Under the pieces are notes generated by a model. The model ran no database searches. It was not told the DNA's origin and saw nothing but the letters and a program-made list of their open reading frames with translations. From Bacteroidales bacterium (GTDB lineage: Bacteria > Bacteroidota > Bacteroidia > Bacteroidales > WCHB1-69), in the NCBI GenBank assembly GCA_045534635.1, contig JAZSKB010000014.1:25941-89940 (forward strand): a DNA stretch of 64,000 bases, given 5' to 3'. A program made the position numbers and the translations under genes. How positions within the stretch are numbered: the stretch's first letter is position 1; every line of letters begins with the position of its first letter. Positions 1 through 10,380 of this stretch are shown here, piece after piece.

Positions 1-143
1 TCCCGAAGGATAATATGTTCTTTCGTTCTTTTATTACCCAATAAATCAATATTATAAACAACAAGATTGTTTGCTTTTAAATCTAAAAAGCTAAAAAAAA
101 TAAAAAGAATTAGCAATACTGTTAACAACAGTTTTTTTAACAT
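1..143 (-). CDS. 5' end (window-truncated) of a POTRA/BamA-TamA-like outer-membrane protein gene
   Basis: Not in the ORF track because it runs off the window. The ATG at 143-141 (minus) translates MLKKLLLTVLLILFIFFSFLDLKANNLVVYNIDLLGNKRTKEHIILR. This is a signal/anchor helix followed by the I-x-I-x-GN-x-x-T-x-x-x-I-x-R pattern typical of a first POTRA repeat. Confidence 0.4.
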   Translation of the reverse strand, partial: MLKKLLLTVLLILFIFFSFLDLKANNLVVYNIDLLGNKRTKEHIILR

Positions 144-151
144 AAACAAAT

Positions 152-793
152 CTATTCTTCTTTTTTATCAAAAGAAGCAAGAAATTGGGATAATTGTTTA
201 TAACAAAATATAAGCATAGCAAAAATGCCAATAGTAATCCAAGCATCTGCTAAATTAAAAACAGCAGGAAAAAAACTCATAATTTGTCCACCCAAAAAAG
301 GAAAAGTAGCAGGAAAATGAATAGTAAATAAGTCTAATTGAATCATATCTACAACACGACCTTGAAACCAAGTGGCATAACCTCCTCCTTCAGGAAAAAT
401 AGTTGCTATTGAAGCAAAATAAACGCTTTCAGAGAACATTTTTCCATAAAAAACACAATCTATGATATTGCCAACGGCTCCTGCAAAAATCATCGCGGTA
501 AAAGTAAGCAAAAGCCAAGATACATTTTTCTTTATCATGTGATAACAAATATATGCTATCAATCCTGCGGCAACAATACGAAAACTTGTTAAGAAAAATT
601 TACCCCAAATGCCTCCAAAAGACATTCCAAAAGCCATGCCTTCATTTTCTATAAAATGTAATTTTAACCATTGACCAATAATATTGATTTCTTCTCCCAA
701 ATAAAAATGGGTTTTGATATATATCTTAAATATTTGGTCAACAACGACTAATACAAAAATAAGAACAAGCAGAAAAATTGTTTTCTTTTTCAC
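152..793 (-). CDS. lspA: lipoprotein signal peptidase (signal peptidase II)
   Basis: 213-aa polytopic membrane ORF with a GTG start at 793. It has GNIIDC and FNLADAWITIG motifs of the SPase II family and abuts the DksA/TraR gene. Confidence 0.9.
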   Translation of the reverse strand: MKKKTIFLLVLIFVLVVVDQIFKIYIKTHFYLGEEINIIGQWLKLHFIENEGMAFGMSFGGIWGKFFLTSFRIVAAGLIAYICYHMIKKNVSWLLLTFTAMIFAGAVGNIIDCVFYGKMFSESVYFASIATIFPEGGGYATWFQGRVVDMIQLDLFTIHFPATFPFLGGQIMSFFPAVFNLADAWITIGIFAMLIFCYKQLSQFLASFDKKEE

Positions 794-1192
794 TTACTTC
801 TTCTTTTTTTCGTTAACTTTTGCATCGTATGACAAAGTTGCATGAGGAACGCTCATCAATCTATCTTTAGGTATCAACTCTCCTGTTTCTCTACAAATTC
901 CATAAGTTTTATTTTCAATGCGAACCAATGCTGCTTCCAAATTTTTGATATATTTTTCCAAACGACCAGCCAAACGACTATTTTCTTCTTTTAAAAGCGT
1001 TTGTTGTCCTTCTTCTAACAATTTAAAAGATGGAGAAGTATCTGCTACATCGTTTCCATCAGAGCCATTTATAGCATCGATAAAAACTTTCATATCTTCT
1101 CTTGCTTTTGTTAACTTTTGCAATATCAATTCCTTAAATTCTTGCAATTCCTCATCGGAATATCGTTTTGTTTCAGTACTTTTTTTGCTCAT
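794..1192 (-). CDS. DksA/TraR-family C4-type zinc-finger-like regulator
   Basis: 132 aa with a coiled-coil N-terminus and a C-terminal YGICRETGELIPKDRLMSVPHATLS segment typical of DksA/TraR. The cysteine set looks degenerate. Confidence 0.75.
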   Translation of the reverse strand: MSKKSTETKRYSDEELQEFKELILQKLTKAREDMKVFIDAINGSDGNDVADTSPSFKLLEEGQQTLLKEENSRLAGRLEKYIKNLEAALVRIENKTYGICRETGELIPKDRLMSVPHATLSYDAKVNEKKKK

Positions 1193-1241
1193 TGTTACCT
1201 CCTAATATTTGATTCTTTAATAACAACTAATTTTTAGTTAC

Positions 1242-1249
1242 CAAAAGTA
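1242..1249 (-). promoter_or_regulatory. -7 box TACTTTTG (DksA-lspA operon)
   Basis: TAnnTTTG match 50 nt upstream of the ATG at 1192. Confidence 0.6.
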
Positions 1250-1755
1250 TAAAAAAAAATCAAAAGGAAAGGTAATAAATAAAAAAAATTATAAACAATT
1301 TTCTTTTATTAACTTTTTTGTGATTTTAAACAAAAACATTACCCCTTTTATCATACTTTTTGGAATAAAATATTACAGGGTTTGGGTATTTTTTATTACT
1401 TCTTAGATTGAAATTTTATTATTTGCATTACAAATGTTTAATTTAATGCAGGTAGCTTATAATAACGAGCCTCAAAACAACACACTATAAAATAGCTATT
1501 AATACTACTGTTTATCAGGTAGTTACAAGCAATTTTTTGGTGTGTTTTTTATAAACTCTCATTTTTTAGCATATTGTTATTATTCAACGTTTTATACATA
1601 ACAAATATTGTGCCAAAGTGGTCGATTTTTGATGAAAAAATGAAAAATTTTTTTTCAGTCACTTTTTTCGGTGTCTTCGACAGGCTCAGACACCGAAAAA
1701 ACAAAAAATTAAACTTTTTTGTAGTAAAAACATTTGTTATTAAAAGAAAAGATTG

Positions 1756-1763
1756 TACTTTTG
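1756..1763 (+). promoter_or_regulatory. -7 box TACTTTTG (lptB)
   Basis: TACTTTTGCAAAA, 21 nt before the ATG at 1785. Confidence 0.7.
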
Positions 1764-1784
1764 CAAAAAATGACCAAAAATTAG

Positions 1785-2513
1785 ATGGATATACTTCGTA
1801 CAGAATCAATTTTTAAGAAATACCACAACCGTTTGGTGGTCAACGATGTAAGCATAGAAGTTAAGCAAGGACAAATTGTTGGTTTGCTTGGTCCCAATGG
1901 AGCAGGAAAAACAACATCATTTTATACTATCGTTGGATTAATAAAACCTTTATCAGGAAAAGTTTATCTCAATGATATAGAAATAACCCAAAAACCTATG
2001 TACGAACGTGCGAGAATGGGAATAGGATACCTTGCCCAAGAAGCATCTGTTTTTCGAACTATGACAGTAGAAGACAATATCCGTAGTGTGCTACAATTTA
2101 CCAAACTGAACAAACAAGAACAAGAAAATAAATTAGAAAATCTGCTTGATGAATTTGGTTTACAACATATCAGAAAAAGTCTAGGGCGACAATTATCAGG
2201 AGGAGAACGTCGCAGAACAGAAATTGCTCGTAGTTTAGCAACAGGACCAAATTTTATCCTTTTAGATGAACCTTTTGCTGGTGTTGACCCTATCGCCGTA
2301 GAAGATATTCAATCTATTGTAGCCAAACTCAAAGAAAAAAATATTGGCATACTTATTACCGACCACAATGTAGATGAAACTTTGGCAATTACCGATTATG
2401 CATATATTTTAGTCAATGGTAGTGTTTTTCGTAGTGGAACACCCGAAGAACTTGCTCAAGATGAAAAAGTTAAAAAAGTTTATCTCGGTCAAAATTTTGT
2501 GCTAAAAAAATAA
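1785..2513 (+). CDS. lptB: LPS export ABC transporter ATP-binding protein
   Basis: 242 aa with Walker [10 protein letters not shown], signature LSGGERRR and Walker B ILLDEP. Length and C-terminus are LptB-like. Confidence 0.85.
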   Translation: MDILRTESIFKKYHNRLVVNDVSIEVKQGQIVGLLGPNGAGKTTSFYTIVGLIKPLSGKVYLNDIEITQKPMYERARMGIGYLAQEASVFRTMTVEDNIRSVLQFTKLNKQEQENKLENLLDEFGLQHIRKSLGRQLSGGERRRTEIARSLATGPNFILLDEPFAGVDPIAVEDIQSIVAKLKEKNIGILITDHNVDETLAITDYAYILVNGSVFRSGTPEELAQDEKVKKVYLGQNFVLKK

Positions 2514-2581
2514 AAAAGAATTTGTTATAAACAAAACTATCTAATTTCTGTTTTTTCAAGCTTCTGCATTAAAAAAAATGC

Positions 2582-2589
2582 TACCTTTG
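2582..2589 (+). promoter_or_regulatory. -7 box TACCTTTG (mutA)
   Basis: TACCTTTGCAAA, 61 nt before the ATG at 2651. Confidence 0.65.
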
Positions 2590-2650
2590 CAAATATTTGT
2601 TTTTTTTAAAATAAAATAACATTCTATTGATTATTAAATAATATAAACTT

Positions 2651-4507
2651 ATGAGCGATAACATAGAAAAATTGTTCGCAGAATTTAATCCTATTTCGAC
2701 TCAAGAATGGGAAGAAATTATCAACAAAGATTTAAAAGGTGCTGATTACAACAAAAAACTGATATGGAATACCATGGAAGGTTTTTCTGTAAAACCATAT
2801 TACAGAGCAGAAGACCTTCAAGAGTTGGCTTATCTTACACAAATCCCCGGACAAAATCCATTTGTTAGAGGTAGCAAAACCAAAAACAACAATTGGAATA
2901 TCGTTCAAGAAATAGAAGAAACTGACCCACAAAAAGCCAACGCTATAGCCCTTGACGCTTTGAAAAAAGGTGCAGAAGTAGTTAGTTTCAATTGCCAAAC
3001 TATCACTACAGCAGAACAATTGTCAACATTGCTTTGCAATATAGATATTGCTATTTGTGGTGTTCGTTTCCGCCTTGCAAAAGATTTTATTGCTTTTGCT
3101 AAATTATTCGTTGATTATGTCAATAATAACAACATTGACAAAACAAAAGTCCATGGTGCTTTTCATTTTGACCCACTATCATACTTGTTCTTACACGGAA
3201 AATTCCAACATTCTCAACAAGATGATTTGCAACAAGTCTTGATTATGCACCAATTAATGTCAGAATTTACTCATTTTCAATATTTAACAATTAATGCAAC
3301 ATTTTTACACAATTGTGGTGCTACTATTGTTCAAGAATTGGCTTTCGCCTTATCATCTGCTAACGAATATTTAGCATTAATCACTGATAACAATATAAAT
3401 ATCAACGACTTTTTACATAAAATAGGTTTTACATTGTCTATTAGTTCCAACTATTTTATGGAAATTGCCAAATTACGTTCCGCTCGATTGTTATGGGCAA
3501 CTATTGCAAATGCATATCAAGCAGAGCCTGCAAATTGCAAAATGACTATTTTTTCACAATCTTCTTTATGGAACAAAACCATTTACGACCCTTATGTAAA
3601 CATGCTTCGTATAACAACAGAAGGAATGTCTGCTGCTTTAGGTGGTGCCGATAGCATTGCATTATCTCCTTTCGATGTAACATACAAACCCGCTGACGAT
3701 TTTTCGGCAAGAATTGCTCGAAATACACAAATTTTACTTAAAGAAGAATCTTATTTCGATAAAATAGTTGACCCTGCCGCTGGTTCTTATTATATTGAAA
3801 ATCTTACCAATAGCATTGCCGAATCCGTTTGGAACTTATTCCAAGAAATTGAAAAAGAAAATGGTATCATTGCTTTCTGTACTTCTGGTAAACTCAAAAA
3901 TGCTATTGAAACAAGTTGTCAAAAACGTGATTTAGACATTGCCACCCGAAGAACTATTATTTTAGGAACAAATCAATATCCTAACATTAAAGAAGAAATG
4001 TTAGATAAAATTGTTGACAACAAACAAGAAGACAATAATTTGTATTTAAAACCATATCGCGGAGCAATTGCTTTTGAACAATTGCGTTTGGCAACAGAAA
4101 AATGGGCTAAAAACAATGGTCGCCCTAAAGTATTCTTGTTGAAAATTGGAAATATCGCTATGCGACAAGCAAGAGCTGGTTTTATTACCAATTTCTTCGG
4201 TTGTGCTGGTTACGAAATCATAGAAAGTGCTGGTTATAAAACAATCGAAGACGCTCTAAAAGATGCCGTTGCTTCAAAGGCTCACATTGTTGCTATTTGT
4301 AGTTCTGATGAAGAATACGCTGATGTTGCCGCTCCTATTGCTCAATTGTTGAAACAACAATTACCTAATGCAAAATGTATCGTTGCCGGAAATCCTACTG
4401 ACATTGTTGAGCATTTGAAAAACAATGGTGTTGACGATTTCATTCACATAAAAGTAAATCTATTAGACACTTTACGCTCTTACAATAAGTTATTAGGTAT
4501 CTCTTAA
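2651..4507 (+). CDS. mutA: methylmalonyl-CoA mutase small (beta) subunit
   Basis: 618 aa with an N-terminus (STQEWEE...GFSVKPYY...NPFVRG) typical of MCM subunits. The C-terminal B12-domain-like fold lacks the DxHxxG cobalamin motif, as in the small subunit. Confidence 0.8.
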   Translation: MSDNIEKLFAEFNPISTQEWEEIINKDLKGADYNKKLIWNTMEGFSVKPYYRAEDLQELAYLTQIPGQNPFVRGSKTKNNNWNIVQEIEETDPQKANAIALDALKKGAEVVSFNCQTITTAEQLSTLLCNIDIAICGVRFRLAKDFIAFAKLFVDYVNNNNIDKTKVHGAFHFDPLSYLFLHGKFQHSQQDDLQQVLIMHQLMSEFTHFQYLTINATFLHNCGATIVQELAFALSSANEYLALITDNNININDFLHKIGFTLSISSNYFMEIAKLRSARLLWATIANAYQAEPANCKMTIFSQSSLWNKTIYDPYVNMLRITTEGMSAALGGADSIALSPFDVTYKPADDFSARIARNTQILLKEESYFDKIVDPAAGSYYIENLTNSIAESVWNLFQEIEKENGIIAFCTSGKLKNAIETSCQKRDLDIATRRTIILGTNQYPNIKEEMLDKIVDNKQEDNNLYLKPYRGAIAFEQLRLATEKWAKNNGRPKVFLLKIGNIAMRQARAGFITNFFGCAGYEIIESAGYKTIEDALKDAVASKAHIVAICSSDEEYADVAAPIAQLLKQQLPNAKCIVAGNPTDIVEHLKNNGVDDFIHIKVNLLDTLRSYNKLLGIS

Positions 4508-4540
4508 ATAAAATTTGTGTTTTTTTTTATCATAATGAAA

Positions 4541-4565
4541 AGAGGAATAACTTTGTTATTCCTCT
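4541..4565. terminator. bidirectional intrinsic terminator between convergent mutA and the T9SS gene
   Basis: agaggaataac-ttt-gttattcctct is an 11-bp stem. It is followed by tttttcttttt on the plus strand and by a short T-run on the minus strand. Confidence 0.8.
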
Positions 4566-4610
4566 TTTTCTTTTTAAAACATATTAATGAAAAAAATCAA
4601 ATTGAAAACA

Positions 4611-6716
4611 CTATTCTTTTATTATTTTTCTTGTAATTACTTCTTTATTTTCATTAGTAATTACAATTACATAAAATCCTTCTGACAATTTTGATACATC
4701 AAGTTTAACTTTCGATGAATTAACATCTTGATTTACTACTTGAAGACCTATACTATTATATATACTAACATTAAGTATTTTTTGAGTATTTTCTATATTT
4801 AACATTTTGCCAACAGGAGATGGATATATTTTACATGTTGATACCATTTCTTTTTGATTACATTTTACTGCAATCGGTTTGAAAGGTTCTGATGAGCCAT
4901 TTATATCCGTTTGACGCAAACGAAAATAAACATATTTTGTATTTGAATTCTCAACTTCATAAGTATAATTATTCTTTTTTGCTGAAGTTCCTGCCCCTAT
5001 TATACGAGCAATTTCTGTATAATGAATGGCATCATTACTTCCTTCTATTGTAAAGTATTCATTGTTTGTTTCTGTGGCTGTTGTCCATGCAAGTGAAACA
5101 GTTTTTCCAGAACAAACACCAGTAAATGAAAGTAATTCTATTGGCAAAACATCACATACGGCTCCTATATATGCTCCCGCTGTAGTTTTTGAACCACGAC
5201 TATTTCCTGATAAATCAATAATTACATCTTCCAATCTATCACAGCATTCTGTCATTGTTTCGGGAGTATTTAATTTTTGTCTTTTGTTATTTTTTTCATT
5301 TTTTCCTAAAGCATATACATTATTACTATTGTTCTCTGGCTCAAGTAAAACTATTGAATTTCCTTTTGAAGTTTCAGATACTATCCCTTTTAATAGTCTA
5401 AAATCATTCCATTGTGTTTTATTTGCATCTGTGGTAAAAAACAAATTATTGAACCCTCTTATTGATGCTTCCGACAATACTGTACTATCTTCTATAAATA
5501 TTTCTGTTCCTCCGCCTGCTACCGCTATTGAGTTATGATATATTTTTACTGCTGAAGTATTTTTTAAGTTTATAGCACATTTTTCATTATTCTCTTTTAG
5601 ATAAATATCATTGTTTATTATCGAACATTCTCCTTTTAGGAATAATCCATATAAGTATGTTGGAACATCAGTAAAATCATCTGCTACTATTTTATTCCCT
5701 GATATATTGTTCCTTACTATACAATCCGTTCTTGTTGTATCGTATGTAAAAATAGCAGCCCATGTTTCTTCTGGGCTTTTATTTGGTGAAAATGTATTGT
5801 TTACAATATGTAAAGTCATATCATACATTATTGGGTCATATTGTGTTGGATTAGAATATATCACACCCTCCTCTTCCCATTCTTCTGCTTCTTGAAACAT
5901 CATAGAAGGAGAAAGACAAATTGCTGCTTTTGTACTATTTAGAAAAATATTATCTTTTATGGTTAAATCCATATAACATACTTCTCCGTTTGATACGAGA
6001 ATCCAATTACCTGTTTCTGTATCTTCCACCCATTCCATTCCATCTCCAACAAAAGGATTTATATCTATGCTCATTCTTGCTCCATCAAAAATATTATTTC
6101 TAATTTCTACATTTGTAATAAGATTTGATATGTTTATCAAAGATTCTTCTCCTGCATAATAATCATCAGGAGGAGTTGTTCTTGTATATAAAAATTTACA
6201 ATTTTGAACAACAACATTTGAATCTTCTCCTAAAGATAAACAAGAAATATCCCATTCCTCAAAATAGTTGTCTTGTATAAATGTAATATGCTCTACAATA
6301 ACATTATCTGATTCCGATATATTGCAAGGTCCATGAATAACAACAGAATCTGCATTTTTCGATTGAGAACGTATTGTTATTGTATAGGGATTTATATAGG
6401 GATTTCCATCCTCATCTTCTATTCGAGTATAAAACATCTGAAGATATAGAATAGGATAAGGCGTTCCCCATTTAGTAGAAACATAATGCCCATCTAAAAT
6501 TTCAAAAACAATATCTCCTGCTGGAAATATAGGATTCCAATTATTATTTTCAATATCTTCATGAAAAAGGTCATTGGTTGCCTCCATAAAATTTGGATAA
6601 TCGGCACCTTGATTAGTGTCGCCAATAGTGTATGTACCAGAGGCACCTTGCTTTTGTGCAGAAGTATATCCTACACTTATCATCAAAATTACTAAACCTA
6701 ATAACAGTTTTCTCAT
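4611..6716 (-). CDS. T9SS-secreted protein with parallel beta-helix-like repeats
   Basis: 701 aa with a signal peptide (MRKLLLGLVILMISVGYTSAQ). It has repeated NNIF/NNTF/RNNISGN turns and a C-terminal type A sorting domain (KIYPSPVGKMLNI...GFYVIVITNENKEVITRKIIKE). Confidence 0.8.
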   Translation of the reverse strand: MRKLLLGLVILMISVGYTSAQKQGASGTYTIGDTNQGADYPNFMEATNDLFHEDIENNNWNPIFPAGDIVFEILDGHYVSTKWGTPYPILYLQMFYTRIEDEDGNPYINPYTITIRSQSKNADSVVIHGPCNISESDNVIVEHITFIQDNYFEEWDISCLSLGEDSNVVVQNCKFLYTRTTPPDDYYAGEESLINISNLITNVEIRNNIFDGARMSIDINPFVGDGMEWVEDTETGNWILVSNGEVCYMDLTIKDNIFLNSTKAAICLSPSMMFQEAEEWEEEGVIYSNPTQYDPIMYDMTLHIVNNTFSPNKSPEETWAAIFTYDTTRTDCIVRNNISGNKIVADDFTDVPTYLYGLFLKGECSIINNDIYLKENNEKCAINLKNTSAVKIYHNSIAVAGGGTEIFIEDSTVLSEASIRGFNNLFFTTDANKTQWNDFRLLKGIVSETSKGNSIVLLEPENNSNNVYALGKNEKNNKRQKLNTPETMTECCDRLEDVIIDLSGNSRGSKTTAGAYIGAVCDVLPIELLSFTGVCSGKTVSLAWTTATETNNEYFTIEGSNDAIHYTEIARIIGAGTSAKKNNYTYEVENSNTKYVYFRLRQTDINGSSEPFKPIAVKCNQKEMVSTCKIYPSPVGKMLNIENTQKILNVSIYNSIGLQVVNQDVNSSKVKLDVSKLSEGFYVIVITNENKEVITRKIIKE

Positions 6717-6863
6717 AACATATCTCTTTTTTTTCCTCCTGATTCTAAAGGATTTGTTAACATATATTCCAAGAAATTTGAATCAACATACTTCCTTACT
6801 TTTCAAAATAAGTGAAGTATAAACTTCTCATTCCAAGTAAAAAAATTCTTTTTTACCTTTTTG

Positions 6864-6871
6864 CAAAGATA
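6864..6871 (-). promoter_or_regulatory. -7 box TATCTTTG (T9SS beta-helix gene)
   Basis: TATCTTTGCAAA on the minus strand, about 150 nt upstream of the ATG at 6716. Confidence 0.55.
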
Positions 6872-7031
6872 CTTGTTTTTTTATACAAAAAACAGTTTTT
6901 TTTAACTTTTTTTTATTCACAATGTAAATATATATATAAATATCTGTATTACTGTATTTTAATTTTGTTAAAAACAAAAAATAAACATTAGTATTAATAA
7001 AAATCAATTATAAAAAGTTGTAAAAAAATGC

Positions 7032-7039
7032 TATCTTTG
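7032..7039 (+). promoter_or_regulatory. -7 box TATCTTTG (small ORF-mutL-HD operon)
   Basis: TATCTTTGCAAAA, 22 nt before the ATG at 7062. Confidence 0.7.
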
Positions 7040-7061
7040 CAAAATATTTAATATAAAAGTT

Positions 7062-7304
7062 ATGATAGGTACAACCAAAAAAAGAGAAAAACGAGAATTT
7101 AATTATCAGCCACGTTTTTATAACAAAACAGACGAAGATATAAAAAAACAAAAGATATTAAACAGCGAAAATACTAACGTAGATTTTGCAGATAGATTTC
7201 ATCAGAAAATAAACGAAAAACGAACCAACAAAAAAGCTTCCAATAGAAAATTGTTGATAATGTTGGCAATACTTTTTATGTTACTTTATATTTTATTGCA
7301 TTAA
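7062..7304 (+). CDS. small basic protein with a C-terminal transmembrane helix, unknown function
   Basis: 80-aa ORF 22 nt after a TATCTTTG box and 3 nt before mutL. It has a lysine/arginine-rich N-terminus and an LLIMLAILFMLLYILL anchor. Confidence 0.5.
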   Translation: MIGTTKKREKREFNYQPRFYNKTDEDIKKQKILNSENTNVDFADRFHQKINEKRTNKKASNRKLLIMLAILFMLLYILLH

Positions 7305-7307
7305 ACT

Positions 7308-9149
7308 ATGGCAGATATTATCAACGTATTACCCGATAGCGTAGCCAATCAAATAGCGGCAGGAGAAGTAATTCAAAGACCGGCTTCTGTTGTAAAAGAA
7401 TTAATAGAAAATGCTATTGATGCGGGAGCATCTAATATAGAAGTTAATATCAAAAATGCAGGTCGAACACTTATTCAAATCGTTGACAATGGTTCAGGAA
7501 TGAGCGATACCGATGCACGTCTTTGTTTTGAACGTCACGCAACTTCTAAAATAAAAACGGCTGATGATTTATTTCATCTACAAACCAAAGGTTTTCGAGG
7601 AGAAGCATTGGCATCAATTGCTGCAATAGCTCATGTAGAACTTCGTACAAAAAAGGCAGACAAAGAATTGGGAACCCTTTTATTGATGGAAGGTTGTAAA
7701 TGCTTAGAACAAAGTGCTTGCAATTGCGAAAAAGGCTCTTCGTTTATGGTAAAAAATCTATTTTTCAATGTTCCTGCCCGTCGTAACTTTTTAAAATCAG
7801 ATAATGTAGAATTTGGACATATTCAAGAAGAATTTCTTCGTGTGGCTCTTGTTCATCACAATATTTCTTTTACCCTTTATCATAACGAAAAAATAGAATA
7901 TCAACTTGTTGCAAGTTCCTTAAAACAAAGAATTGTTAACATTTTTGGAAAGCATTACCAAGAAAAACTTATTCCGATAAATCAAAATATGAATTTGGTA
8001 AACATTCAAGGATATATTACCAAACCCGAATTTGCCAAAAAAACACGTGGAGAACAATATTTATTTGTTAATCAAAGATTTATAAAACATCCCTACTTTC
8101 ATCACGCTATTATGTCAGCTTTTGAAGAGTTGATACCTTCTGGTACATTTCCAAGTTATTTTATCTACTTTGACATTAACCCAGAAATGATAGATATAAA
8201 TATACATCCCACTAAAACAGAAGTAAAATTTCAAGAAGAACGCAATATTTATAGTATTCTACTTGCAACAATCAAACATAGCATAGGTGTTTTCAATCTC
8301 AATCCATCTTTAGATTTTGAAAATGTATCTCCAATAGAATTTTCTGAAAACAAAAATAATATTATTTCACAACCAACATCATTTTCTAATCCAGATTATA
8401 ACCCATTTGACAAAAAAACTTTTAATTATTCTTCAAAAAATATAAGTCAAAATCAATGGAAAAGCAATAATGAAGGTTGGGAAAAAATATACAGCTCTAT
8501 TCAGGAGAATATTCCAGAAGAAGCAAAAGAAATACAACAATCATTTCTTGAAACTGATACTCAAGAAGATGAATATTTCAACAATCAAGAAAATGTTTTT
8601 CAAGTTTTAGACCAATATATTGTAGGTCAATTAAAATCTGGATTTATTGTTATTGATGTTTTTTCTGCAATGGAACGTATTCTATATGAACGATATTTGG
8701 CAAAATTAGACAATAATCTTGAAAGCAATATTCAAAAATTATTGTTTCCTGAAACACTCAATTTTTCACCACAAAATGCGGAAGTTGTCAAGGAATTACT
8801 GCCTCATTTTTTAGATTTAGGTTTTGAAATAGAAGAATTTGGTAAAAATACTTTTATTTTGAATGGCGTTCCTACCGATTTTCAAAACAAAAATGCACAA
8901 CAAGTAATTGACACACTTTTAGCAGCATACAATAGCAATTTGCTTTCTCTAAAAATTAGCAAGAAAAATAATCTTGCTCATTCTTTTGCTCGTTCTATAA
9001 ATACCGAAAAAAAGAAAAAATTGTCAATGAGTGAAATGCAAAATATTATAAGTGAATTGTTTAAAACGACATCACCTAACATTTCACCAAGTGGGAACCG
9101 CATTTGTTTCTCCTTCAATGACAAAGAATTATTAAGATTATTTCAATAA
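7308..9149 (+). CDS. mutL: DNA mismatch repair protein MutL
   Basis: 613 aa with GHKL ATPase motifs LPDSVANQIAAGEV, ELIENAIDAG, DNGSGM and FRGEAL. Confidence 0.95.
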   Translation: MADIINVLPDSVANQIAAGEVIQRPASVVKELIENAIDAGASNIEVNIKNAGRTLIQIVDNGSGMSDTDARLCFERHATSKIKTADDLFHLQTKGFRGEALASIAAIAHVELRTKKADKELGTLLLMEGCKCLEQSACNCEKGSSFMVKNLFFNVPARRNFLKSDNVEFGHIQEEFLRVALVHHNISFTLYHNEKIEYQLVASSLKQRIVNIFGKHYQEKLIPINQNMNLVNIQGYITKPEFAKKTRGEQYLFVNQRFIKHPYFHHAIMSAFEELIPSGTFPSYFIYFDINPEMIDINIHPTKTEVKFQEERNIYSILLATIKHSIGVFNLNPSLDFENVSPIEFSENKNNIISQPTSFSNPDYNPFDKKTFNYSSKNISQNQWKSNNEGWEKIYSSIQENIPEEAKEIQQSFLETDTQEDEYFNNQENVFQVLDQYIVGQLKSGFIVIDVFSAMERILYERYLAKLDNNLESNIQKLLFPETLNFSPQNAEVVKELLPHFLDLGFEIEEFGKNTFILNGVPTDFQNKNAQQVIDTLLAAYNSNLLSLKISKKNNLAHSFARSINTEKKKKLSMSEMQNIISELFKTTSPNISPSGNRICFSFNDKELLRLFQ

Positions 9150-9155
9150 AATACC

Positions 9156-10379
9156 ATGTCAAATCAAAAAATTATCAACGACCCTGTTTATGGACTTATC
9201 AGTCTCAAAAGCAATCTTGTTTTTGAAATAATACAACATCCTTATTTTCAACGATTGAGAAACATTCATCAATTGGGATTAACACACATGGTATATCCAG
9301 GAGCCACTCATACCAGATTTCAACATTCTATTGGTGCTATGCATTTGATGCAAAATGCATTAGAAATATTATCCAATAAAGGCGTTGATATTTCAGAAGA
9401 AGAAAAAGAAGCAACTCTGGCGGCTATTCTTTTACATGATATCGGACATACTGCTTTTTCTCACGCTTTGGAATATTTTTTTGTTGAAAATTGTTCCCAT
9501 GAAGATTTTACTAATTTGATAATCAATGATTTAAATAATAAATTAGGAAACAAACTTCATTTAACATTACAAATTATTGATAATCATTATCATAAAACAT
9601 TTCTTCATCAATTGGTTTCTGGACAATTAGATGTTGACCGTCTTGATTATCTTAACAGAGATAGTTTTTATACTGGTGTTTCTGAAGGTGTTATCGGTTC
9701 TGAACGTATTATTCAAATGCTCAATGTAAAAGACAATCATTTAGTTGCAGAATCTAAAGCCATTTATTCTATAGAAAAATTTATTATTTCTCGTCGGCTT
9801 ATGTATTGGCAAGTGTATTTACATAAAACTGTACATGCAGCAGAACAAATGCTTGTTTGCACGTTAAATCGAGCAAAATATCTTTATCAACAAGGAAAAA
9901 AAATATTTATGATTCCAGAATTGGCATTTTTCTTTGATAAAAATTATCAATTAGAAGATTTTTTCGACCCAAAATATTTACAAGCATATATAGAAATTGA
10001 TGATAATATCATTTGGTATTGTATCAAGCAATGGCAAAATGCAACAGATATTGTATTATCTACCTTGAGTTATCGTCTTTACAATCGCAATTTGTTTCGC
10101 ATTGAAATTCAAGAACATAAATTTGACAAAGAATATCTTGCAGATAAAAAAAGCCTTGTTTGTCAACATTTCAATATATCAGAAAAAGAGAGTGAATATT
10201 TTGTTGTTTCTGGCGAAATGACCAATCGAGCATACAATGCCAAGGTAGAATCCATTTATATTTTAGATAAAAAAGGAGAACTCCACCGATTGGAAGAATT
10301 ATCCGACCATCTCAATCATCGGACATTATCGGAAAGTGTAAACAAATATTTTATTTGCTATCCTAAAGAAATTCAATAA
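9156..10379 (+). CDS. HD-domain phosphohydrolase (YdhJ/SAMHD1-like)
   Basis: 407 aa with motifs HSIGAMHL, LLHDIGHTAFSH and DVDRLDYLNRDSFYTGV. Confidence 0.85.
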   Translation: MSNQKIINDPVYGLISLKSNLVFEIIQHPYFQRLRNIHQLGLTHMVYPGATHTRFQHSIGAMHLMQNALEILSNKGVDISEEEKEATLAAILLHDIGHTAFSHALEYFFVENCSHEDFTNLIINDLNNKLGNKLHLTLQIIDNHYHKTFLHQLVSGQLDVDRLDYLNRDSFYTGVSEGVIGSERIIQMLNVKDNHLVAESKAIYSIEKFIISRRLMYWQVYLHKTVHAAEQMLVCTLNRAKYLYQQGKKIFMIPELAFFFDKNYQLEDFFDPKYLQAYIEIDDNIIWYCIKQWQNATDIVLSTLSYRLYNRNLFRIEIQEHKFDKEYLADKKSLVCQHFNISEKESEYFVVSGEMTNRAYNAKVESIYILDKKGELHRLEELSDHLNHRTLSESVNKYFICYPKEIQ

Positions 10380-10380
10380 A

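Noticed and set aside
1549-1816. ORFs 1549-1809 (minus) and 1574-1816 (plus) in the DksA-lptB spacer
   Set aside because: They are mutually overlapping AT-rich ORFs with low-complexity products. The plus one runs through the lptB promoter and start, and neither has a promoter box or recognisable domain.
5026-6103. Plus-strand ORFs 5026-5538, 5611-5895 and 5921-6103
   Set aside because: They are antisense shadow ORFs inside the 701-aa T9SS gene.
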